Source: Candidatus Harpocratesius repetitus (GTDB taxonomy: Archaea; Asgardarchaeota; Lokiarchaeia; Sigyniarchaeales; Promethearchaeaceae). From it: a stretch of DNA of 32,000 nucleotides. How positions within the stretch are numbered: the stretch's first letter is position 1; each line of letters starts with the position of its first letter. Of the stretch, positions 1 to 8,479 are shown piece after piece. The stretch covers positions 1,650,001-1,682,000 of the forward strand of contig JAIZWK010000001.1 of NCBI GenBank assembly GCA_021498095.1, in the 5' to 3' direction. The position numbers were made by a program, and so were the translations under genes. The notes beneath the pieces are model-generated. The model was given only the letters and a program-made list of their open reading frames with translations, searched no databases and was not told the DNA's origin.

Positions 1-1
1 T

Positions 2-1051
2 TCAAAACCTAAAACTGAAGCCAACAATAAAATCAAGAAATCTGAAATAGATGAAGAACTAGAAGAAGAAATATTAGATGCCGCTATGGATGGCTTATCT
101 GAAATAAATTATGATATTAAAGATTTACCTGGTGTTGGTGCTACAATTGCAAAAAAACTAACAGATGCAGGATTTGGTACAGTTAATGCTATAGCAATTA
201 CTCCAGCAAAAATACTAATTGAAGAAGGTGGCTTAGGAGAAAAAACTGCTCAAAAAATAATTAGTGCTGCTCGGGAAGCTTTAAATATAGGTTTTAAAAC
301 TGCCGATATTGTTTGGGAACGTCGAAAGTCTCTTGCTCGAATCACAACAAATAGTAAAAGTTTGGATGAATTATTAGGTGGGAGTGGTGTCGAAACTGGA
401 GGGATTACTGAATTTTATGGAGAATATCGAACCGGAAAAACTCAAATTATGCACCAACTTTGTGTAGATGTTCAAATGTCGCGTGATGATGGTGGAATTA
501 ATGGAAAGGCATTATATATAGATACCGAAGGTACATTTCGTCCAGAACGTTTAATTCAAATGGCAGAAGCTAAAGGATTAGATTATAAGGAAGTACTTAA
601 AAATGTAATCTATGCTCGAGCTTATTCAAGTGATCATCAAATAATGCTAATAAAAGATGCTATGAAAATAATTGCAGAGAAGAACATCAAATTAATTATT
701 GTAGATTCTCTAATTTCCCATTTTCGAGCTGAATATATTGGACGTGGAACACTTGCAAATCGACAACAATTATTAAATCTCCATATTCATGATCTTCTAC
801 GACTCGCTGAAATGTATCCAGATGTAGCTGTTGTGGTTACCAATCAAGTTCAAAGTAAACCAGATGTCTTTTTTGGTGATCCTACAAAATCTGCTGGTGG
901 AAATGTAGTTGCTCATGGTGCTACAGTTCGAATTTATTTAAGGAAAGGAAAAGGAGATCAACGGGTTGCAAAAATGATTGATTCCCCTAATTTAGCTGAA
1001 GGTGAAGCTGTTTTTCGATTAGCTGAAGAAGGAATTTTAGATATTGAATAA
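2..1051 (+). CDS. radA: DNA repair and recombination protein RadA (5'-partial; frame open from the window edge)
   Basis: N-terminal HhH (DIKDLPGVGATIAKKL), Walker A GEYRTGKT, YIDTEGTFRPERL, Walker B LIIVDS, VVVTNQV, GGNVVAH, C-terminal IDSPNL.EGEAVF. The frame of the ATG at 86 has no stop back to base 2 (SKPKTEANNKIKKSEIDEELEEEILDAA), so the true start may be upstream of the window. Confidence 0.97.
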   Translation, partial: SKPKTEANNKIKKSEIDEELEEEILDAAMDGLSEINYDIKDLPGVGATIAKKLTDAGFGTVNAIAITPAKILIEEGGLGEKTAQKIISAAREALNIGFKTADIVWERRKSLARITTNSKSLDELLGGSGVETGGITEFYGEYRTGKTQIMHQLCVDVQMSRDDGGINGKALYIDTEGTFRPERLIQMAEAKGLDYKEVLKNVIYARAYSSDHQIMLIKDAMKIIAEKNIKLIIVDSLISHFRAEYIGRGTLANRQQLLNLHIHDLLRLAEMYPDVAVVVTNQVQSKPDVFFGDPTKSAGGNVVAHGATVRIYLRKGKGDQRVAKMIDSPNLAEGEAVFRLAEEGILDIE

Positions 1052-1117
1052 ATAACTATTTATTAAATCTATTTTTTAAAAATTCTAGATTATTTTTAAG
1101 AATGAAGGATCAATTAA

Positions 1118-1615
1118 GAGAAGCCTTATTTTTTAAATTATTTCAATATTATCGTTCAAAAAAATCTCATTGACAATTTCATTGAAGTTTTAGAGCAAAA
1201 CATACACTATTTTAAAGCTTATGACAAAGAAAAGCAGGGATATGCATAAATTGATATTTTTATAAAACTCTCAAACTGGCAAAAATATGTTTTCCGCAGT
1301 TACAGTTGCTATAAAGGAAATACAAGACTATTTATGGCAAAAGTTATATCAAATAATCTGGCGGAGAATATTAATAGTAGGATTAAGACTCGCGTGCATT
1401 AAACTGGTCCTAAAACACCTGAGGGCTTAGAACAGCGACTTCAGGCATATATTACAATCACAAATGAACCCAAAATCTTATAAATTACCATTGTTTCACA
1501 CCGATTTAGCCCAAAAATGCTCTTTAATGAGTGGAATAATTCAGAAATTAAACGATTATTTCAATTAAACGAAAAATGGGGGAAAAAAATTCAAACCGAG
1601 GTGTTAGTGAATTGA
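1118..1615 (+). pseudogene. Probable degraded DDE transposase C-terminal fragment
   Basis: One reading frame of about 165 codons broken by three TAA stops (1247, 1400, 1481). It includes SNNLAENINSRIKTRVH*TGPKTPEGLEQRLQAYI, which resembles the N-N-x-x-E-x-x-N-x-x-I-K helix carrying the catalytic Glu of DDE transposases. Family cannot be assigned by eye. Confidence 0.45.
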
Positions 1616-1724
1616 TCCTTTGTAATTAAAAATAGCCAAAATCTATTTTTTTAGATATATAATTATTGAAAAATATGGAAAATAAAAAAATAAGTAAAAT
1701 AAGATAGAAAACATACAAGTTATT

Positions 1725-3434
1725 CTAAAAGTTTAACTCTGATTGCCATCGAGGTTGCAATTTCAATTTCCATGCCCTTTTTGCATACTCTTCTACCATT
1801 CGATGAGTGTTAAAGTATGCAGCTAATCTAATTGCATGTTTCATCCTTTCTGTCCATCCATCTCTGTTATTATAATAAAGTGGGATGATTTCCCTTTCGA
1901 GTTTATGGTAAAGATCATTTGCATCATAAGAATCAGGATATTTAGTTGCATTTGGATCTTGCGGACCTGGACCAATCGCCCATCCCGCCATAGGATCTTT
2001 TTGATAACCCTCAATCCACCATCCATCCAATATGCTAAAATTCAGTACTCCATTTAATGTTGCTTTCATTCCACTTGTTCCTGAAGCTTCCATATATCTA
2101 CGTGGGTTATTTAACCATACATCTACACCACTCACCAGCAAATGGGCAAGATCCATGTCATATGCACCTAGAAATACCAATCCTATACCATACGAATCAT
2201 AAAGATAGTCTGACATATCGCTTATTTGCTTTATAAAATCTTTTCCTTGAGTATCTCTTGGATGTGCTTTTCCTGCAAAAATAAACTGAACTCTATTCTT
2301 ACATATTTTACCTAATCGCTCAACATCGTTAAATATCAAAGTTGGTCTTTTATATTCAGTAATTCTTCGAGCAAATCCTATTGTCAGTTTCTTTTCATCT
2401 AACAAGACCCAACTATGTGATTTTTCATAATCCATCAAATCTATTTTTGCTTTCATATGTTGGTTCCATAATTCATAATTTCCTATATCCCATACATCTT
2501 GGAGTAAATTGTAATCCATTGACCATCCTGGAATCTGCTCATCAAAAAGTTTTCTAAAATATGGATTTAACCAGAAATTGTTATGAATTCCATTAGTAAT
2601 TCCATCAATCTCGAATCCGGGAAACATTTTACGGGAAACAATTGCATGCTTTTGAGCGACTCCGTTACAGTATCTTGAACCATTTAATGCTAAAAGTGAC
2701 ATATTAAGTTGATCTTTTCCACCTAAATCTCTAAAATTCGATGGGAGTCTATCTCGAAAGATATCTTTGATTAAATCATAATCGAATCGATCATGACCTG
2801 CAGGAACAGGTGTATGAGTTGTAAAAATACAACGTTTTCTTACTTCTTCTAAATTTCCATGATATTTGTTTAGTAATTCAAAAACTCCAAAAGCAGCATG
2901 TCCTTCATTCATATGATATGTTTGGATTCCAGAAAAGCCTAATATTTCAAGCATTCTTATTCCACCTTGACCTAATATCATCTCTTGGACAACACGCTGA
3001 AAAGGAGTTGCATCATAAAGAATGTGGGTAAAATTCTTTTGCCAATGCTCATTTCCTTCAATATTTGAGTCTAATAGGATAACCGGAATTTCAAATCCTG
3101 TTTCTCCTCTTACCTTATATAACCAACCACCAATCTTAAACTTCTTATCTTGAATATGCAATTCAACAATATTAGGTAGTTTTTCAAATTCTGAACTAAA
3201 TTCCCATTGAATTTCTCGTTCAATTTGTCGACCTTGGATTACTTCTTGAAAAAAGTATCCTTTATCATAACATAGAGTAACTGCAACAAGCGGAATTTCT
3301 AAATCTGCGGCAGATCTTAGTGTATCTCCTGCCAATACTCCTAATCCACCGCTGTATGTGGGAATATCACTCTCTAGTGCTATTTCCATAGAGAAATAGG
3401 CAATTTTTCGGTCTTTATTTTCTAATTCAAACAT
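1725..3434 (-). CDS. glgP: Alpha-glucan (glycogen/maltodextrin) phosphorylase, short archaeal type
   Basis: IAYFSMEI, YSGGLGVLAGD, YHMNEGH, FTTHTPVPAGHD, IGFARRITEYKR, AGKAHPRD, PLP-lysine motif EASGTSGMKA, LDGWW. Confidence 0.96.
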   Translation of the reverse strand: MFELENKDRKIAYFSMEIALESDIPTYSGGLGVLAGDTLRSAADLEIPLVAVTLCYDKGYFFQEVIQGRQIEREIQWEFSSEFEKLPNIVELHIQDKKFKIGGWLYKVRGETGFEIPVILLDSNIEGNEHWQKNFTHILYDATPFQRVVQEMILGQGGIRMLEILGFSGIQTYHMNEGHAAFGVFELLNKYHGNLEEVRKRCIFTTHTPVPAGHDRFDYDLIKDIFRDRLPSNFRDLGGKDQLNMSLLALNGSRYCNGVAQKHAIVSRKMFPGFEIDGITNGIHNNFWLNPYFRKLFDEQIPGWSMDYNLLQDVWDIGNYELWNQHMKAKIDLMDYEKSHSWVLLDEKKLTIGFARRITEYKRPTLIFNDVERLGKICKNRVQFIFAGKAHPRDTQGKDFIKQISDMSDYLYDSYGIGLVFLGAYDMDLAHLLVSGVDVWLNNPRRYMEASGTSGMKATLNGVLNFSILDGWWIEGYQKDPMAGWAIGPGPQDPNATKYPDSYDANDLYHKLEREIIPLYYNNRDGWTERMKHAIRLAAYFNTHRMVEEYAKRAWKLKLQPRWQSELNF

Positions 3435-3516
3435 ATTGAATATATTAGTCAGAGGTTCTAAAAATATTTCACGAATATCTGAAAATAAATAAAGAAGTGT
3501 TAGAATTTATTGAATT

Positions 3517-4641
3517 CTAAAGAATTTTTAACTTTTTTAACCAATTGGACCATAAATCTATCGATATTTTGGGAAAAATGATATTTAAAGTTTTAACAAA
3601 TTCAGTGGGTGTAAAATGGGAACGATGCCATTTATTAAATCCATAACCTGGTGGCAAAGATTTTTCTAAATGAGTATACTTATATTTAATAAACGGATAG
3701 ATTTGTCTCTTTAATTCCCCTATAGATGCCCATCTACCTTGCTTATGTGTGGCATAGTATTGAGCAATTTTCATAAATTTTTCTAGACCTTCATTTAAAT
3801 TATTAGATTTTAAATTTCTTTTTTGATCTTTTGCTTGAAAACTAAAATTTAGGGTTGATTGGAAAATATTGGGATTTCCTAATGCAGATCGACCAATCAT
3901 TACTCCAGAAATATTAATTTGGGAAAAAGTTTCTTGGATTTGTTCTGGAGAATTAAAACCACCATTAGCAATTATAGGAATTTTATTTTCGACAGCGTCT
4001 ATCGCTTGTTGAAAAGGTTCGGTGCTTTTAATTATTGAATGTAAATCAACTCCCTGCATTTTAACTGGTGCACGATTAATTGTTATCCACGCTATATTTT
4101 GTCCAAATTCGCGGAAAATTTGGGATAATAATGGAATGGGTGTGTCTCGTAATGAAAAACCACGCCGAATTTTGATTGAAATAGGGAGATCTGTATACTT
4201 TAATGATTTTTCAATGACCTTTAAAATAATATGTGGGTTTTTAAGTAATTCTCCCCCACGATTTTGAGGTAGTATTTTATATCCAGGACAACAAAAATTT
4301 AAATCAACATAATCAATACCAAGTGCATGTGAATTATCGGAAAGAAATTTTAAAGCTGGTTTGAGTGGATCTTCTGGACGAGCGATAATTTGTACTCCAT
4401 CATAAATTGATTTTTTCGATTTTTGAAGAATTTTTTCCCAGAATTGCCACTTTTTTGCCTTCAATAAATGTTGTGGGAGAATTTTAGGGCGGGATACAAT
4501 TTTTGCGCCAAAGTCTCCCATCAATTCTCTTAATATTGGATTTGCAGTTAGTGGTTCCATAGGAGCAAAAAAAAGAATAATTTCATTCTTATTTGTTCTT
4601 TCTATAGATTGGTGAAAAAGGTGATTAAAATCAATATTCAT
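3517..4641 (-). CDS. dus: tRNA-dihydrouridine synthase (Dus) family protein, divergent
   Basis: FAPME, VDLNFCCP (catalytic Cys region), GGELLKNP, ISIKIR, IPIIANGG, GVMIGRSALGNPNIF. Confidence 0.85.
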   Translation of the reverse strand: MNIDFNHLFHQSIERTNKNEIILFFAPMEPLTANPILRELMGDFGAKIVSRPKILPQHLLKAKKWQFWEKILQKSKKSIYDGVQIIARPEDPLKPALKFLSDNSHALGIDYVDLNFCCPGYKILPQNRGGELLKNPHIILKVIEKSLKYTDLPISIKIRRGFSLRDTPIPLLSQIFREFGQNIAWITINRAPVKMQGVDLHSIIKSTEPFQQAIDAVENKIPIIANGGFNSPEQIQETFSQINISGVMIGRSALGNPNIFQSTLNFSFQAKDQKRNLKSNNLNEGLEKFMKIAQYYATHKQGRWASIGELKRQIYPFIKYKYTHLEKSLPPGYGFNKWHRSHFTPTEFVKTLNIIFPKISIDLWSNWLKKLKIL

Positions 4642-4714
4642 TAATGGAAAGAAAGGATTTCTAAAAGAATAAAATTATTCTTTATTTACATATTAAGAAA
4701 ATTGAGATTTTCAA

Positions 4715-5218
4715 ATGCTGTCTAAAACTGATCTAATGATTCCACTCTCAGTTTATGAAAAAATGATGGATTTTGCACAATCTTCACCCCATAGGGAAGT
4801 CATTGGACCTATCTTTGGTAAACCTAATGAAGATGGTTCTATTTTGCTTACTGCTTCATATTCTTTTCGTATTGGTTCAACTACTGAAGTACATTTTATA
4901 GATTCTGATTATGAGAAGTTATTACCCCTTATTAAAAAGCATGAGCTGCAAAATGAACAATGGGTTGGATGGTTTCACAGTCATCCTTTTCAAGGAGGTG
5001 ATTTTCTTTATATGTCAAAAACTGACATAAAATACCATACTATTGCTCAAAAAGGAAATCCATTATGGACTGCTATTATCTTAAATCCACATCAAAAAAA
5101 TGATCTTGAGGCAGTTTATGGTATGCGTGCTTTTCGTCTAATAGAGTATCCATCAAAAAGAAAAAAGTCCAAATATCGTGTCAAAGAATTAATATTTAAA
5201 ATAATCGATGAAAAATGA
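4715..5218 (+). CDS. JAB1/MPN (JAMM) metalloprotease, Rpn11/CSN5-like
   Basis: Catalytic Glu in REVIG, VGWFHSHP...SKTD zinc motif, and C-terminal AIILNP...AFRL matching the Rpn11/CSN5 pattern. Confidence 0.88.
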   Translation: MLSKTDLMIPLSVYEKMMDFAQSSPHREVIGPIFGKPNEDGSILLTASYSFRIGSTTEVHFIDSDYEKLLPLIKKHELQNEQWVGWFHSHPFQGGDFLYMSKTDIKYHTIAQKGNPLWTAIILNPHQKNDLEAVYGMRAFRLIEYPSKRKKSKYRVKELIFKIIDEK

Positions 5219-5263
5219 TAAATATTAAAACTTTTAAGATTGAATTAATATGATTAGTTTAAT

Positions 5264-6133
5264 ATGCAGATTTCTGATAAATTCTTGATTGTACTCTGGA
5301 ATTTAATAGAAAAAGAAGCAACTATTATTAAAACTCAGAAAATCAGACTGCATGAAATCTTAATTCTTCATTGGAAGGATTATGACTTTCAAATTCCAGA
5401 AATTGATGATTTTTTACCTGATAAAGTAGCATTTTTTTCTGATCTCTTATATCGAAAGAATTTACTTCATCAACTTGCGCAGATTTTTACTCAGTCTTTA
5501 CAAGCAATTCTTCGAATTGTAGAAATTCTATTAATTTATTATCCCGAATCGCAAGATTTTAAGAATACTTTTTCTTTCAAAAATAATCATTTTATTGTTT
5601 ATAAAATTGCTTCTGATATGATAGGGAGTTTACTTCCAATTCTTTCTTTTTGTCAAACACCAATTAAAAAAGATTTAGTATTAATAGGTGCATTTAAATC
5701 TGAATTAAAAATTACTGGTCTCACTGTTGATGAAATTCAAGAAAAATTAATTCGTTATGGTTTACAATACCAACAAGCTGAAATAAATGAAGTATTTAGA
5801 AAAATTCAAGAAGATAGTAAATTTTTATCCATTTCAAGCTCATTAACAGATGAAGGAATACAATTTTGGAAAATTACTGATGAAATTCCACTTTCACAAG
5901 AAATATCAAATAAATATATTAAGAAAATCTCTCCTTTAATCAATTGGGTTGTTAATACTTGGAGAAGTTTATATAATATAAGGGAATTACATATGCCGAT
6001 TCCATCAGATTATCCAGAAGCAGAAGGACTTCAAAAAGTTGTCAATTTAGCAAGCAAACAAGGTTTTACTGCTTCATTGGAAGTAATAGAGAATCTAAGT
6101 GCATACTACCAATATATTGCAGATAAAAAATAA
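5264..6133 (+). CDS. Hypothetical protein (helical; possible winged-helix segment)
   Basis: 289-aa ORF with normal coding composition, 45 bp after the JAMM gene and co-oriented. No recognised family motif. Confidence 0.8.
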   Translation: MQISDKFLIVLWNLIEKEATIIKTQKIRLHEILILHWKDYDFQIPEIDDFLPDKVAFFSDLLYRKNLLHQLAQIFTQSLQAILRIVEILLIYYPESQDFKNTFSFKNNHFIVYKIASDMIGSLLPILSFCQTPIKKDLVLIGAFKSELKITGLTVDEIQEKLIRYGLQYQQAEINEVFRKIQEDSKFLSISSSLTDEGIQFWKITDEIPLSQEISNKYIKKISPLINWVVNTWRSLYNIRELHMPIPSDYPEAEGLQKVVNLASKQGFTASLEVIENLSAYYQYIADKK

Positions 6134-6223
6134 TCATATTTCCTTTACGATATATTCGGGATGCTTTTTTGCCCACATTAATAGATCTTGTTCTATTTTT
6201 TCCAAATCTTTGAAATCGATCAT
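6134..6223 (-). CDS. Candidate 29-aa small protein MIDFKDLEKIEQDLLMWAKKHPEYIVKEI
   Basis: ATG at 6223 preceded by AAGAAGGTGAAAATA (GGTGA Shine-Dalgarno). The TGA stop directly abuts the stop of the convergent gene. Not in the ORF track. Confidence 0.4.
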   Translation of the reverse strand: MIDFKDLEKIEQDLLMWAKKHPEYIVKEI

Positions 6224-6416
6224 TATTTTCACCTTCTTAAATAATTAAATGCTTTCCAAACCGACAAAAAACTAAATCAAATTTAAAATTTTTGGCATTC
6301 AATTCTTGTATTCATGCAAAGATGGATTTATTGTTCGAAAATGATGCAAAGAATGGGAGTAGAATGGGAAGACCAAGAATTTTTATCTTGGGAGAGAATT
6401 ATTATAACTACTTAGG

Positions 6417-7721
6417 TTGAGTATTATGGATTCATTTAGTGCAGAATATTTTGAAGAACAAGGAATTCAATTTATTCAATTTCAATTCACTACAATATCT
6501 GGAGAATTGAAAGAAGTTGAATTTCCAGCAAAAAACTGGGAAATGATGAAGAATGGAACAGGTGTCGATGGGAGTTCTTTAGGTTTTTTATCAACAGAAC
6601 AATCTGATATGCGGGCTGTCCCCGACCTAAACACTTTTTCTATTCTACCTTGGGATCCTCATGTGGGACGATTTATCTGTAATCTTCATGATAACGACAA
6701 TAACCCTTATCCTACTGATCCTCGCTCATTTTTAATTCGTGTTTTGAAAAAGGGAGAAGAATTGGGATATTACTTTAAGGTACGACCTGAATTAGAGTGG
6801 TATTTCATTGATGATGATCTTCAACCTGCAGATTCTGGTTCTTATATGTGTACTGTTCCTGAAGATGATCTTCATTTAATAAGAAGAGAAATCGCTCGTG
6901 ATATGCTATCGCTGTTTTCACATGGTTCTCCTCATACAATTCATCATGAAGTCGGACCAGGTCAACAAGAAGTTGAATTATCAAAAGAATATGCATTATA
7001 TCAAGCAGATAATGTTCAAACTTCCAAGATAATTGCTAAAAATGTAGCTCAAAATCATAATTTAAACTGCACTTTTATGCCAAAACCCTTCCCAGAAGAA
7101 GCCGGAAGTGGACTTCATATTCACATATACATGGAAGACAAGAAAGGTAATAATTTATTTGCAAAAGAAAATGGAATTTCAGACGAGTTGCGATATTTTA
7201 TTGGTGGAATCATCTATCATGCTGATGCACTTTCAGCTATTCTTAATTCTTCTACTAATTCTTATAAGCGTTTGGTTCCAAATCATGAAGCTCCTGTTTA
7301 TAAATCCTGGGGTGTAGGCAATCGCACTGCTTTAATTCGTGTTCCTGGCTATGAAAACAAAGCTCACTTAGAATATCGTGCAGGAGATGCATCTATGAAT
7401 ATATATCTAGGTATGGCAGTATTATTTTCTGCTGGTTTGGATGGAATTAAGAATAAAATTCAGCCAAATGAGCCAACATCATTAAATGTTGATCATATGG
7501 ATATTGGAGAACGCAATAAGTTGAAGATTACTCGATTGCCCAATGATTTAGAACATGCTGTAGATGCATTTAAGAAATCACCATTTATGAAAGATCTACT
7601 TGGAGAATTTTTAAACCAAATTTTACTTGAGAATTATAAGAATATATTAGATGCCCACCGTGTTGCAGTTCGAAATGGTTATGAACATGAATGGGAGTTG
7701 GACCAATATCTTGAATGCTGA
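6417..7721 (+). CDS. glnA: Glutamine synthetase type I family (start may be the ATG at 6426)
   Basis: DGSS, PELEWY, HHEVGPGQQE, FMPKPF...GSGLHIH, NSYKRLVP..EAP, WGVGNRTALIRVP, LEYR, C-terminal EWELDQYL. Confidence 0.93.
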   Translation: MSIMDSFSAEYFEEQGIQFIQFQFTTISGELKEVEFPAKNWEMMKNGTGVDGSSLGFLSTEQSDMRAVPDLNTFSILPWDPHVGRFICNLHDNDNNPYPTDPRSFLIRVLKKGEELGYYFKVRPELEWYFIDDDLQPADSGSYMCTVPEDDLHLIRREIARDMLSLFSHGSPHTIHHEVGPGQQEVELSKEYALYQADNVQTSKIIAKNVAQNHNLNCTFMPKPFPEEAGSGLHIHIYMEDKKGNNLFAKENGISDELRYFIGGIIYHADALSAILNSSTNSYKRLVPNHEAPVYKSWGVGNRTALIRVPGYENKAHLEYRAGDASMNIYLGMAVLFSAGLDGIKNKIQPNEPTSLNVDHMDIGERNKLKITRLPNDLEHAVDAFKKSPFMKDLLGEFLNQILLENYKNILDAHRVAVRNGYEHEWELDQYLEC

Positions 7722-7722
7722 G

Positions 7723-7815
7723 AAATTCAATATTTATATGAATTTTTCTTGAAGTATTTTTTTCAAATTGAAATATTTCAAATCACTGTAATTTTGAATA
7801 TTGAATATTTCAAAA
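7723..7815. promoter_or_regulatory. Cluster of TTGAA/TTCAA inverted half-sites upstream of the PadR-like gene, including the perfect palindrome TTGAAATATTTCAA
   Basis: TTGAA at 7749, 7768, 7794, 7801; TTCAA at 7726, 7762, 7777, 7809; 14-bp palindrome at 7768-7781. An AAATTCA/TGAATTT hairpin at 7723-7745 follows the glnA stop. Confidence 0.4.
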
Positions 7816-7893
7816 TGAAAAAAAATATATATTCTGATCTACTTTTTTCTTTAATTTATTATTTATCAACTTTAGTAAAATTGTGTATTTAGC

Positions 7894-8463
7894 TTGTGGA
7901 TCAAAAACTTTCAAATAAAGAGCTTGATGGAAATCTTCAGTAAATTAAGATTGTTGCTGCTTTTTAATACTATTGAACAAAATTCTAATGGAATTACTTT
8001 TTATGAATTAAAACAGTATAATCATATTCCTCATTCAAGAATATATAGAGAAATGAATCGCTTATGTGAACACGGATATTTAAGGCGAGAAGAAACACAA
8101 AATGAATTGGGGAGGCCGAAATATCTCTTTTTTCTCTCAAAAAAGGGTTTGCAAGAAAAAGAAAGAATTTCTGCAGATCTTCAAAAAATATTGGTATTCT
8201 TAAAAGAGAAATTTCCTGAAGATGGAAATCTGGATGTTGAATCCTTTTTATGTAATGCTTCTTTAAGTATGTGGCAAGATCCCATACAAAACATTCTAAA
8301 ATCTGATAAATCTTATCAGAAAAAAAAAGCAATTCTCGAAAGAATGTATGAAGATGTGGAAAATCGATTAACAATGATCTCTAATGCTTTGGCTCAATTA
8401 GAGACTTCACATTCATCATCTTCACAAAATTTAACTAAAAATAACAAAAAAAGAAATGAATAG
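7894..8463 (+). CDS. PadR-like winged-helix transcriptional regulator (likely start is the ATG at 7927)
   Basis: GITFYELKQ, SRIYREMNRLCEHGYL, wing GRPKYLFFLSKKG, C-terminal coiled coil. Directly upstream of the ABC exporter genes. Confidence 0.8.
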   Translation: MWIKNFQIKSLMEIFSKLRLLLLFNTIEQNSNGITFYELKQYNHIPHSRIYREMNRLCEHGYLRREETQNELGRPKYLFFLSKKGLQEKERISADLQKILVFLKEKFPEDGNLDVESFLCNASLSMWQDPIQNILKSDKSYQKKKAILERMYEDVENRLTMISNALAQLETSHSSSSQNLTKNNKKRNE

Positions 8464-8479
8464 AGGATAATGAAATAAA

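Noticed and set aside
1836-2057. Short ORFs 1836-2057(+) and 1841-2026(-)
   Set aside because: Antisense or alternative-frame shadows inside glgP.
3500-3520. 8-bp inverted repeat TTAGAATT/AATTCTAA overlapping the Dus stop
   Set aside because: Could be a terminator hairpin but is too short and AT-rich to support.
5216-5221. JAMM gene ends TGA TAA: possible terminal Sec
   Set aside because: Tandem stops are common in AT-rich genomes, there is no redox context and no SECIS was seen.
7716-7892. glnA ends TGC TGA (Cys-UGA), followed by a hairpin and 56 open codons: possible Sec read-through
   Set aside because: The GS homology ends naturally at EWELDQYL. The extension is low-complexity Phe/Ile/Tyr text typical of AT-rich intergenic DNA, and no SECIS-like element was recognisable.
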